Positions 27,367 to 37,171 of a stretch of DNA of 64,000 nucleotides are shown in pieces. The DNA is taken from the NCBI GenBank assembly GCA_965226885.1, contig CBDDEL010000010.1, forward strand, positions 361,168-425,167, in the 5' to 3' direction. This stretch comes from Opitutales bacterium. GTDB taxonomy: Bacteria > Verrucomicrobiota > Verrucomicrobiia > Opitutales > UBA2987. The position numbers and the translations under genes were made by a program. The notes under the pieces were generated by a model, which had not been told where the DNA came from, did not search any database, and was given only the letters and a program-made list of their open reading frames with translations. Every line of letters begins with the position of its first letter. Within the stretch, counting starts at the first letter, position 1.

Positions 27367-28870
27367 AAAGCCCCTCCTGGAATCTTGAGCAGTTCGCTGT
27401 AGGCACCGAGGTCAGGGGCGGCCACACGGACGTGACGCAGGTGTGGATGGCCGTCCCCAGCCGGAAGGTTCTGCTCCCGTAGTCTTCCTGAGGATAGAGA
27501 TACTGGGCGATGGCCTCACGAGTCAGTCCCCCCACCCGCAGGGCCGAGACGACGGCCTGCTGCAAGGCCGCCATGGGGTGTTTCTCCAACAGCCGCAGCA
27601 CCCGGATATACTCCCGGGTGCCTTCGCCCCCGCATTGGCTTTCGAGCCGGCGTCTGAGGACCTGCAGGCACTGCGGCAACTGCCAGCCCGAGAGTGGGCG
27701 GGCGAAGTCCAAAGCGCCCGGTTTTTTCTCCAGCAAAGCCAGGTAGTGCACCGGCTCGAAAGAGACTTGCTCTTTATCCCAAATGCGGCGGTGCCGGGCC
27801 ACCTCTTGGCCCCCACAGAAGATCATCACCTGCCGACAGGACCCTTCCACCACCACCGGATGGTGGGCGCAGCGCACCGGCACCGAATAGTCGTTGCACT
27901 CGAAGCGCACCAGCGAGAGGCTGCTGACGCAGGTCGAGCGTTTGCGGCTCGCTTCAAAGGGTATGGGCGGCAACGCCAGCATGACGGCGCGCTCCTCGGC
28001 CAGCAGTTCCTTTTTCACCGCCCTTTTCCCGCGTAATTTACGCTCCATGTCCCGCTCACATGCCTCCAACAGCTTTGCGTTGAGTTCCTCCAGGTCCCGA
28101 ACCTGCGGTACCGGTACCAGGAAGTTGGCCCGGGCATAACGCACGATCCCCTCGACCACGCCCTTCTCGTTGGGCCGGGCGGGCAGACAGAAGTGTTCCT
28201 CGAACAGGTAATGGCTCTGTAGCTGCAGAAACCCGTCGGTCAGCTTGCGTTCACGCGAACCGATAATCTTACCCACCGCCACCTTCGAGTTGTCATAGCT
28301 GATGCGCCGGGGCACCGCCCCGAAAAACTCAAAAGCTCGCAGGTGCCCCTCCCAGAAGCTCTCCGTGCACTCCCGTTCGAACACCTGCACGAAAAAGGCA
28401 TCGCTGTAGGGCAGGCTCATGGCAAAAAATGGCCGCCTACGCAATTGCCCCGCCTCCTTCACCAGGGCATGACCGAAGTCCACCTGTCCCTCCCCGGGGC
28501 GGTGCTCCAGCGGCACGAACACTTCCCGCCGCCTCGCTCGCAGCTCGGCCACCACCTCCTTGACCGCCGTGTAGCCCCCTTGGTAGCCCTTCTCCCGACC
28601 CAAACGCTGGTAGATCCGTTTGGCCGTATGGCGCTGCTTCTTGGGCACGTTCCGGTCCGCTTTGAGCACCTCCTCGATCCAGCCCACATACGGATCGATC
28701 TTGCGCTCTCGCCTCTTCTTGCGCCGGTATCCCGGCGGCTGGGAATAGGCCAGCATCTTTCCCAGGGTCTCCCAGTGCAGTCCCTCTTCTCGCATTACAG
28801 AGCGCTTGCTCTGCTTGTCCCGCAGCACTTTGTGCCGCACTCTTGTCCATTGCTTCATATCTCGATACAC
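27206..28870 (-). pseudogene. istA: IS21 transposase IstA with a C-terminal frameshift
   Basis: Collinear with B1 IstA for ~466 aa. B2 then has GGCTGGGGACGG where B1 has GGCTGGACGG (2 extra bases near 27455-27458). The frame runs on through istB instead of stopping at the ATGA overlap. Confidence 0.8.
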
Positions 28871-28984
28871 TCCTCCTTTCTAGGATAAGCGTACCGGTTT
28901 TAAAGCGCCCTCTTTACCGTACCGGTTTTTCCCCGGCGTTTACAACCCCGCTCGCAAGCCTTCAAAAAGGAGGGCTCGGGTACG

Positions 28985-29950
28985 ATGACATTGACACCAC
29001 TTCAACCGGAGCGACCCACGGCATACCGCTTTTGCAACTGGGATCGCGATTTCGAGAACTCAAGCAGCCGCAAGGTCGATAATGCACAGTGGGTGCGAGC
29101 GTCCAACAACCACGAAAACCGCCAATATCTGACGATAGCCCGTCAGGAGAACGCAGTTGAGCTCATTGGTGCCAAGGAGTTATTGGCTCAGGCGGGATCG
29201 AAAATGCAGGAACGCGGACTTTTCGTGGATCAATCGGGGCCGTTAATCGCAGAGGACATCGCTCAAATGGTAAGAATGCCAACTGAACCGATAGAGAGAG
29301 CCTTGGAATTTTTCTCAAATCCGTCCGTTGGATTGATCGAGAAAATCCCCTGTCCAAAGCAACTGAATCTTTCTGGTCGGCAGGGCGATGGAGTAAACAC
29401 GCTTCCTGTTAATTTGCCAGGTGAAACACGCCCCGATGGGATAGTATCCCACCCAGCCGGGATAGCATCCCGCGCAGGTGGGCCAGAAAGGAAAAGAAAG
29501 AGTGCACCGGCTGGCACCGGCTCAGACTCACAAAGTTCTTCAAAATATAAAAAAACTTCAGCTTCTAATCAAAAGCCATTCCAAAAGCCCACCCAGCAGG
29601 AGTGGTTGGCTTATATGGCTTCGATCCTGGTACCCTCTCAAGCGGCTGAGAAGGCGTTCCACCACTACGAGGCTGTGGGCTGGACGGTGGGCCGCAATAA
29701 CCGCCCCATGATGGATTGGAAGGCGGCGGCGCAGACTATCAAATGCAATCACATCAAAGAGGGTGGGACGCTTCTGGGCGATGGCCCTACCCATAAGGAG
29801 CCGGATGGCTGGCGGGAGTGGTATGTGAAGACATACCCGCCAGACAAGTACCCCGTACAACCTCGCTACGAAACCAGAACATGGGCGGATTTGCCGGATT
29901 TTATGCGGGATGAGTTTTTTGCAAAGCAGAAAAAGGAGGATGCAGCGTGA
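28985..29950 (+). CDS. Putative replication initiation / phage replisome-organizer-like protein
   Basis: 321-aa ORF immediately upstream of, and overlapping (ATGA-type), the DnaB gene. The N-terminal region (..YLTIARQEN..GLFVDQSGPLIAEDIAQMVRMPTEPIERALEFF..GLIE) resembles phage replisome-organizer N-domains. Assignment by eye only. Confidence 0.4.
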   Translation: MTLTPLQPERPTAYRFCNWDRDFENSSSRKVDNAQWVRASNNHENRQYLTIARQENAVELIGAKELLAQAGSKMQERGLFVDQSGPLIAEDIAQMVRMPTEPIERALEFFSNPSVGLIEKIPCPKQLNLSGRQGDGVNTLPVNLPGETRPDGIVSHPAGIASRAGGPERKRKSAPAGTGSDSQSSSKYKKTSASNQKPFQKPTQQEWLAYMASILVPSQAAEKAFHHYEAVGWTVGRNNRPMMDWKAAAQTIKCNHIKEGGTLLGDGPTHKEPDGWREWYVKTYPPDKYPVQPRYETRTWADLPDFMRDEFFAKQKKEDAA

Positions 29951-31293
29951 TGGCCGGAATAGATGGGACGGTTGTGCCGTCCAACGTTGACGCAGAGGCG
30001 GGCTTGCTTGGATGCTGCCTGCTTGAGGAGGGGGAGGAGGTGCTCGCTAAATGCATGGTGGCGCGGCTAACTCCCGATGATTTTTTCAAACCGGGCCACC
30101 AGATGATTTTCAAGGCTCTTTGCAGCCTCCACCAAAAAAACGTCCCGCCAGATGAAATTACCCTCGCTGATGAATTGCAGAGAATGGGGCAATTAGAGGA
30201 AGCCGGGGGATACCCTGAGATGGCCAATCTTACCAGCCAAATCGATACTACGGCCCATTCCAAACACTGGCTGGACATTGTGAAGGAAAAGGCCACCAGG
30301 CGCAGCATCATCAAGGCAGGCACCATACTTGTTGAAAATGCCAGGCAAAACCATGAGGATATTCAATCCGTCCTGGACAGCGCCGAAAAAACCATATTCG
30401 CCCTTTCGAGGGATCAGGTTTCAAACTCGGCCCGGCACGTATCCAGCGTTGTCGATGACTTCAAGCAATCGCTGGCGCAGGAGGCGAATGTGCTTCATGG
30501 GCTCCACACTGGCTTCCTTGATCTGGATACAAAGACTTCCGGCCTCCACGCCGGGGAAATGAACGTCCTGGCCGCCCGGACATCAATCGGCAAAACAGCA
30601 TTGGCTCTAAATATCGCCGCGAATGTGGTATTGCCCAAATCAGGAGGAAACGGTCAAGGGGTTTTGATATTCTCACTGGAAATGTCCAGCGAGCAACTCA
30701 TCCAGCGAATGGTTTGCAGCCGTGCATCAATCAACCTGGCAAAGTTGCGTCAAGGGTATCTCAAACAAGAGGATCGGGAGAAACTGGATTATACAGCCGA
30801 TGAAATCCATGCCGCGCCCCTTTGGATTGATGATACGGCGTCGATGAACATTCTGGAACTGAGGGCTAAGGCTAGGCGCATGGTCGCCCAGCATAGCGAG
30901 ATCAGCCTAATTATTCTCGACTACTTACAGTTGGTAAGCGGAACGGATCGACGTGTTTCCCGCGAGCAGCAGGTATCAGAAATCTCCGGCGGACTCAAGG
31001 CTTTGGCCAAGGAATTGAAGATGCCGGTTCTTGTTCTCAGCCAATTGAACCGATCCTTAGAAACAAACAGCCGCCAACCGCGCCTGTCTGATCTCCGAGA
31101 GTCCGGGGCCATCGAGCAGGATGCCGACGTTGTGCTGCTCATGTCGAAACCCGCCAATCAAGGAGAGGCATACGCGGCTGTAGAAACGGTTGATCTGAAC
31201 ATTGCCAAACAGCGAAATGGGCCTGTGGGCCATGTGCGCCTGGCATTTCAACCGCAATTCACCCGGTTCGAGAATTTCCAATCAGAGGGATAG
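29947..31293 (+). CDS. dnaB: Replicative DNA helicase, DnaB family
   Basis: 448-aa ORF. N-terminal PSNVDAEAGLLGCCLL, Walker A ARTSIGKTALALNIA, IILDYLQL, SQLNRSLE and ESGAIEQDADVV motifs. Confidence 0.9.
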   Translation: MMAGIDGTVVPSNVDAEAGLLGCCLLEEGEEVLAKCMVARLTPDDFFKPGHQMIFKALCSLHQKNVPPDEITLADELQRMGQLEEAGGYPEMANLTSQIDTTAHSKHWLDIVKEKATRRSIIKAGTILVENARQNHEDIQSVLDSAEKTIFALSRDQVSNSARHVSSVVDDFKQSLAQEANVLHGLHTGFLDLDTKTSGLHAGEMNVLAARTSIGKTALALNIAANVVLPKSGGNGQGVLIFSLEMSSEQLIQRMVCSRASINLAKLRQGYLKQEDREKLDYTADEIHAAPLWIDDTASMNILELRAKARRMVAQHSEISLIILDYLQLVSGTDRRVSREQQVSEISGGLKALAKELKMPVLVLSQLNRSLETNSRQPRLSDLRESGAIEQDADVVLLMSKPANQGEAYAAVETVDLNIAKQRNGPVGHVRLAFQPQFTRFENFQSEG

Positions 31294-31295
31294 CA

Positions 31296-31652
31296 TTGAT
31301 AATTATGCATGAATTAGAAAAAACGACGCAAGCCGGTGGGATCGTTCCACTGCCAAAAGTGATCCGTAAACAGGGGTTTACCCTGACTCAGACATGGCGG
31401 AAGGGGACCGTAGCTATTTTTGAACAGATGAAACCCGGATGGGCCAAGCCGGGATATGAGGTAATTATCATTCGGGTAGGGAAAGGCCATTATTTGGGCG
31501 ACCAAAAGGATACCCTAATGGAGCGGTACCCTACCAACAATGAATGGGGCAAGTATGGCTGGACCCATCCCAATGAAGAAAGTGCCAAAATTGCGGCCAA
31601 CAATGCTTATCGGGAAGAATTGCTAAATCGGGAGGGCAAGAGTGCTGCGTAA
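31296..31652 (+). CDS. Hypothetical protein (small, follows dnaB)
   Basis: 118-aa ORF starting 3 nt after the dnaB stop. The true start is probably the ATG at 31305. No motif recognised. Confidence 0.45.
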   Translation: MIIMHELEKTTQAGGIVPLPKVIRKQGFTLTQTWRKGTVAIFEQMKPGWAKPGYEVIIIRVGKGHYLGDQKDTLMERYPTNNEWGKYGWTHPNEESAKIAANNAYREELLNREGKSAA

Positions 31653-31826
31653 AGGTATCAGGAAGGTCTTACTGTACGTCCGAAAACGGGAGGTTGGGGG
31701 TAAATAGGTATCAGAGTGCCACTTTTTCAGAAATTCGATGTTTTCAGCATGAATTTCACATTCATACCTGTGGACATGGATTCAGAATTAGAACCAGTAC
31801 GTTTTCTTCAAATTACATACAATATT

Positions 31827-31889
31827 GGGGGCGAAGGATTTCGATGGCGCAGCAGTGACCGGATGGCGGTTCGATTCCGCCCGCCTCCA
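31827..31889 (+). ncRNA. tmRNA (ssrA) tRNA-like-domain relic: 5' and 3' ends fused, mRNA-like domain absent
   Basis: GGGGGCGAAGGATTTCGATGGCG resembles a tmRNA 5' end. GGATGGCGGTTCGATTCCGCCCGCCTCCA resembles a tmRNA 3' end. Acceptor GGGGGCG/CGCCTCC pairs with G3-U70, T arm GGCGG-TTCGATT-CCGCC. Followed by GCA rather than CCA. Confidence 0.55.
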
Positions 31890-31908
31890 GCAAATCAAAG
31901 GAAAAAAC

Positions 31909-32112
31909 ATGAGCAAATGGAAAAAAGTCAAGGAACGCCTGGAAGACCTTCTCGACGCACCTGATGCAAAGATAACGAAGGGCAAAGCGGCCAAAAGGCT
32001 GGGGATGTCCCACCGTGCCCTCCATTTCTACCTGTGGAATGGAACATCGACTCCAAACTACGACCTTGGATGCGAATTTCTGAGGCTGGCCAAATCGCTT
32101 GAGGACAAATAA
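31909..32112 (+). CDS. Small HTH protein (Cro/excisionase-like)
   Basis: 67-codon ORF from the ATG at 31909, preceded by AAAGGAAAAAAC. ..KGKAAKRLGMSHRALHFYLWNG.. looks like a helix-turn-helix. Confidence 0.4.
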   Translation: MSKWKKVKERLEDLLDAPDAKITKGKAAKRLGMSHRALHFYLWNGTSTPNYDLGCEFLRLAKSLEDK

Positions 32113-32321
32113 TATAAACAACTGGACCAACTGGTGGACCAAGGCCCAGCCCAATAGAAAGGAGGGAAACCATGACTGATATTATCACAATATCCCTTTT
32201 GATGTACCGGGAAGGAAGGAACCGAATCCATCCTAAACCACATGTTGAATCTAATTTATTATGTAAAATTTTACAAATAACAATTCAAACAATTTAAGGG
32301 AGATAAAACTATATGAATAAT

Positions 32322-33651
32322 CACTAGTGTCCAGTTAAGCGGCCAGTCTAAAGTCGTATTTCGTTGATGATGTGTTTGTTGAGTAGCCACATGGATGTGA
32401 CGCATTTGAAGTTAGCTGGCGCTTTCCGCACCCTTTTTGAGACTGGGCAGCATGAACGAAGGCCGCCTTGCATTCACGCAGGCGATGGATTTGCTCCATC
32501 GCGAACAGTTCGAACGCTGCGTTAGTCTTTATCCCATGCCAAGAACCAGTCGTAGTTTCAGTGCCCGTGATCAGTTCTTGAGCATGGCCTTTGCGCAAAT
32601 GACATTCCGTGAGAGTTTGCGTGACATCGAGGCGTGTCTGCGGGGAAGTCCTCACTTGTATGCGATGGGAATCCGGGGCAATGTGACACGCACGAACTTG
32701 GCCTACGCCAACGAGCATCGCAACTGGCGCCTTTACGAAGCATTGGCTCAAGTGCTCATCGCCAAGGCGCGCCGTTTGTATGCCCAAGACGCGATTGGAT
32801 TGAATGTAGACGAGATGGTTTATGCCCTGGATGCCTCGACCATAGACCTGTGCCTGTCGTTGTTTTCGTGGGCAACATTTCGCCGCACCAAGGCGGCCAT
32901 CAAACTGCATACGATGATGGACTTGCGTGGCTCCATCCCTATATTCATCAGTATTACAGACGCAAGCGTGCATGACGTGAACATCCTTGATGAACTGGCT
33001 TTTGAACCCGCAAGCATTTACGTAATGGATCGTGGTTACGTCGATTTTCAGCGGCTCTTTCGCATCCATTTGGCTGCTGCCTTCTTCGTCACCCGCGCCA
33101 AAAGCAATATGAGTTTTACGTTAGTGCTTCCCAACCCGTGGACCGATCCAGCGGAATCAGTTGCGACCAGATCATCGGATTGAAAGTCGCCAAAAGCAAA
33201 AGCCAATACCCCGGCAAGCTCCGGCGCATTCGCTACCGCGATGGCGCAACTGGCCAGAGGCTGGTCTTCCTCACCAACAACTTCACCTTGCCCGCCTTGA
33301 CTATCGCGGCCATTTACAAAAGCCGCTGGCGCATTGAGCTGTTCTGCTGGCGCATTGAGCTGTTCTTTAAGTGGATCAAGCAAAACCTCCGCATCAAGGC
33401 TTTCTACGGCACCACCGAAAACGCCGTGAAGACCCAAATTTGGGTAGCCATATGCGTTTATCTCATGGTCGCCTGTTTGAAAAAAGTGCATGGAGTCACT
33501 GAAAGTCTGAGTCGGATTCTGCAAGTTTTGAGTGTGAACGTCTTTCAAAAAGATCCTGTATATCAACTACTTGCAAAGTTCGAAACAAGAAAGCCAAACT
33601 TAGCATTACACAACCAGTTGATGCTCAAGGGCTTTTAACTGGACACTAGTG
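32322..33651 (+). mobile_element. IS4-family IS, element I (1330 bp), transposase inactivated
   Basis: Perfect 17-bp inverted termini CACTAGTGTCCAGTTAA. 9-bp direct repeat ATGAATAAT at 32313-32321 and 33652-33660. Confidence 0.9.
32437..33638 (+). pseudogene. IS4-family DDE transposase, frameshifted near 33120-33185 and carrying a 21-bp in-frame tandem duplication
   Basis: Two overlapping ORFs (32437-33183 and 33138-33638) together resemble one IS4-type transposase (..YALDASTIDLC.., ..YVMDRGYVDF.., ..IYKSRWRIELFFKWIKQ..). GCTGGCGCATTGAGCTGTTCT is repeated at 33325-33366. Confidence 0.8.
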
Positions 33652-34599
33652 ATGAATAATATTTGATGTGATTTTAGATATCATTGGTATACAATGGGTT
33701 GAGAATTATCGCAAATTATTTAATATTCCGATTTATACCGATTTAAATGCCCTTCGATCGCGAGTACCCTAGCCCGGATATTTCGTAAAAAAAGTATCGT
33801 TGATATGCTTAACTGCTGATATACAGCAGGATAGATCAATAATTAAAGCAATATCAGCGATGACAAAAGGTAAACAATTAAAGCTACAGTTGACAAGGGT
33901 AAAAGGCCGCCGTGTGCGGGTTGATTTCAAGGGCGGAGAGGTTACTTCGGATGCCGGACTGCTTTTGATCCGGGAAGTGGATCGGCAGTTGGGCTTGACC
34001 GAACGAGCGGCCCGACAGTTAGTGGACAAACGGCAGAAGGGCAAAGTACGCCATGAGGTATTGGGGATGCTGCGGCAGCGCGTTTACGGGCTGGTGGCGG
34101 GCTATGAGGATTTGAACGACTTTGATACCCTGCGCCACGATCCATTGTTGCAAACGGTAACGGGGCGCATTGAAACGTTGGCCAGCGCGCCGACTTTGTG
34201 TCGTTTTGAAAACGGGCAGGATCGGCGGGCGGCCTTTGCGGTAAACGAGCTGTTGGTCGAACAGTTCATGGGCTCCTTTGCCGAGGAACCCGAAGAGATC
34301 ATCCTGGACTTTGACGCCACCGACAATCCGGTGCACGGGCTCCAGGAGGGACGTTTTTTCCACGGTTATTATGATCATTACTGTTTTCTGCCGCTATATG
34401 TTTTTTGCGGTGATCAGCTGCTGGTGGCCTACCTGCGGCCGAGCAAGATCGATGCCAGCAAGCATGCCGGGGCCATCCTCAAATTGCTGGTTAAACGGAT
34501 TCGCCAAAGCTGGCCCCGTACGCGGATTATTTGGCGCGCCGACAGTGGATTTTGTCGAGACCGGATACCCTCTTGGTGCGACCGCAACGAAGTTAGTTA

Positions 34600-36425
34600 G
34601 AGGCTGTCCCAAAAGGGTGATTTTTGCGAGGGCTTTTGATAGGCGCTCATTTTAGAGGTATTTGCATTTGGGAGAGTATCAACTTTGCTCTCCTATGACG
34701 TTAGGATACTGGTTTTGGGGTCCGGTTGCCTGGTTTTCTTTGTATGAGCCGACAGTACGGCTGTGAAAAAGTATTGTCCTTGCTTTTCCGCTCTCTAGGC
34801 CGCCGCTTTGGTTTTTAGTTCGTCTTGCTGGGCCAGCATCTTGGCTACTTTCCATAGGTTGTGCGAGAGTACCGACCAGGCTACGCTGATCGAGCGGTTG
34901 GCAAAGCCTTTGCTGCGCAACCGCCCGGCCTGCCAGCGATTCTTCAATACCCCGATCCGCCCTTCGGTGCTGGCCCGGCGCTTTTGCAATTGTCTGAACA
35001 GTGGTTCCTCCATCCGTTTTTTCAACTGCTTCGGATCGCGTGGACAGAGCGCGTCGTAGATTCCCTCCTGGGCTAACTGCCGGCGGGCCCGCTGGGAGGC
35101 AAATCCCCGGTCCGCGCACATGGCCGCTATGGGTTCTTCCAGGTTGAAGCGGTTCTGTCTTTGCAAACTCTCTTGCATTTGTTCATTTTCGCTTGGAGTT
35201 CGGCTGCCGTAGAGTTTCCAGTCCAGCAGGTACCCTTCAACGCTTTCTCCCAAAAACAGGGTGTTGCCGAACTCGACCTCTTGGCCCGCTTTACCTCGCA
35301 CAATCACCTGCCCATCGAGTTCGTAAACACTCAAGACTTTCTCTGCGTTTTTCACCTGGCGGCCGCCAATGATCCGCTCGTGCGCCTGTTTGATGACCAC
35401 CGGGATTTGCTCGCTCATGCGCTCCATCCGGGCGAGGATCTGTTGGACCTGTTTTTCGCTGTAATCGCTTTGCTCCCAGCAGGCTTGCAATAATTCCCGG
35501 TGACTGCGGGCATGCTCCCCGATCCGTTTGAGCAGCTTTTTCATCTGCCTCAAGATACCCTTGCGCTGCCGCGCGCTGTCCTTTCGCCGCCGGCTGTGAG
35601 TCCTGTGAGTCATCTGTATGCACAGCCGATTCATCTGCCGAGCCAAGGGCTCCGGTTCGATCGGCATGCGATGGCGCAAACCGGCCTTCTCGCGGATCAG
35701 CCGGATCGCTTTGAGCAACGTGCCGGCTACATCCTTGAGTAATACCCAGTCCGTCGGCCAATGAATGTTAGCCTCCAAACAGGTGCCGTCGATCAGGCAA
35801 ATGGTGGTGTCAATCGGCTTGTCCAATCCCACCTGCCGGGCCAGAAGGGCATCGCCCACCACCTCAGTCAAGGTCCGGTGCAAGGCCCTCAACTGCTCTT
35901 CGCTGAAAAACTTCGAGGCCCGCTCCAGGGTGCTTTTGGAGATGCCCCTGATGCCATCGATCTGCCGGACACGGCAAAAGTCGGCCAACAGATCGCTGCT
36001 GCCCAGAGCCCGCGACAAATGCCGAAACGAAATCCCTCCGAGCAGACGGCCCAGCGTATCCATGCGCAGTGCCTTGATGGCAAAACTGGCCCGCTGCCGC
36101 CGGGCCTTTAGACCCATTGGCGGCCACCCCTCCAAGGCCAGCTCAATGGCCTGCGATTCCACCTCCGAGTCGATCAGCAGCCGATCGATTCGATCAATGG
36201 TGGCGCGGAAGTTATCGTAATCGAGGCACCGGTCGACCACAGTTAAAGCTGGACGCAGGAGGCATTGGATGGCTATATTTTTCATAGAAAGGGCTATATT
36301 GATTTTCGCTAACTCAATTATAGAACCCTTTTTTGGCCGGATCGAGCAAAAACTTGCTCTTTCCGGCTCTTTTTATCAACGTCATCCAGTTGACTATAAA
36401 ATCTTTATATTTTTGGGACAGCCTC
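34600..36425 (-). mobile_element. IS type C, copy C2 (1826 bp), inserted inside the A4 transposase gene
   Basis: GAGGCTGTCCC / GGGACAGCCTC termini. 6-bp direct repeat TAGTTA at 34594-34599 and 36426-36431. Uninterrupted A copies have a single ..gaagTTAGTTAcatcg.. Confidence 0.9.
34795..36285 (-). CDS. DDE transposase of IS type C (copy C2)
   Basis: 496-aa ORF, near-identical to C1/C3 except a 9-bp in-frame duplication (MTHRTHSRRRK vs MTHSRRRK). Confidence 0.8.
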   Translation of the reverse strand: MKNIAIQCLLRPALTVVDRCLDYDNFRATIDRIDRLLIDSEVESQAIELALEGWPPMGLKARRQRASFAIKALRMDTLGRLLGGISFRHLSRALGSSDLLADFCRVRQIDGIRGISKSTLERASKFFSEEQLRALHRTLTEVVGDALLARQVGLDKPIDTTICLIDGTCLEANIHWPTDWVLLKDVAGTLLKAIRLIREKAGLRHRMPIEPEPLARQMNRLCIQMTHRTHSRRRKDSARQRKGILRQMKKLLKRIGEHARSHRELLQACWEQSDYSEKQVQQILARMERMSEQIPVVIKQAHERIIGGRQVKNAEKVLSVYELDGQVIVRGKAGQEVEFGNTLFLGESVEGYLLDWKLYGSRTPSENEQMQESLQRQNRFNLEEPIAAMCADRGFASQRARRQLAQEGIYDALCPRDPKQLKKRMEEPLFRQLQKRRASTEGRIGVLKNRWQAGRLRSKGFANRSISVAWSVLSHNLWKVAKMLAQQDELKTKAAA

Positions 36426-37171
36426 TAGTTACATCGTGGGGATGGCTCGCAATGCACGCTTGCAGCAAGACGCCCAGCAGTTGCAAAAGCAGGCCAAAGA
36501 ATGGTTCGAACTAAGGGGTAAAAAACAACGGTTATTCCAGGACTTCGTCTATGCTGCCGATTCGTGGCGATGGCTGCGGTTGGTCATCCATAAAGCCGAA
36601 CACACCGCACAGGGGTCCAACCCGCGCTTCGTGGTGACGAACCTGCCGGGCGATCCCCAGGAGCTTTACGACAAGGTATACTGTGGCCGCGGTGAAATGG
36701 AGAACCGAATCAAGGAACAGATGCAATTGTTCAGCGAGCGCACCAGCGCCCATCAATGGTGGGCCAATCAGTGGCGATTGCTCTTGTCGGCGCTGGCCTA
36801 CACCTTGATGGAAGCCATGCGCCGGTTAGCCTTAAAAGGGACGAAGTGGGCGCGGGCCCAATGCCACACCCTGCGGCTCAAATTAATCAAGATCGGAGCG
36901 GTCATCGTGCGCAACACCCGAACGATTCACTTTCACCTAAGTGAGAGTTATCCTTGGGCCAGTCTTTTCAACCATGCGGCCCGCCGATTGGTGCCAACCT
37001 AAAGGGTGCATTGGTGCTGCCCCCGGCACTACCGAACCAATGGGGGAAAGGGGGCAGTGTCTCTACACCCTGAAAAACACCTAAAAATCAAGACGATCTG
37101 CTCAAAATACAAAGAAATCCATCTCCAATAGCAATAACGAGCCAAACTTTACCCTTCATGAAATATCCGGG

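Larger units (their letters stand above)
26426..28944 (-). mobile_element. IS21-family IS, copy B2 (2519 bp)
   Basis: Same termini as B1. The flanks (..GCATAGA on one side, ACCCCGC.. on the other) do not form a direct repeat. Confidence 0.85.
33774..37171 (+). mobile_element. IS1380-family type A, copy A4, split by nested IS copy C2
   Basis: CCCGGATATTTC termini with CTAG on both sides (33770-33773, 37172-37175). The transposase gene is interrupted at 34599/34600 and resumes at 36426. Confidence 0.9.
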
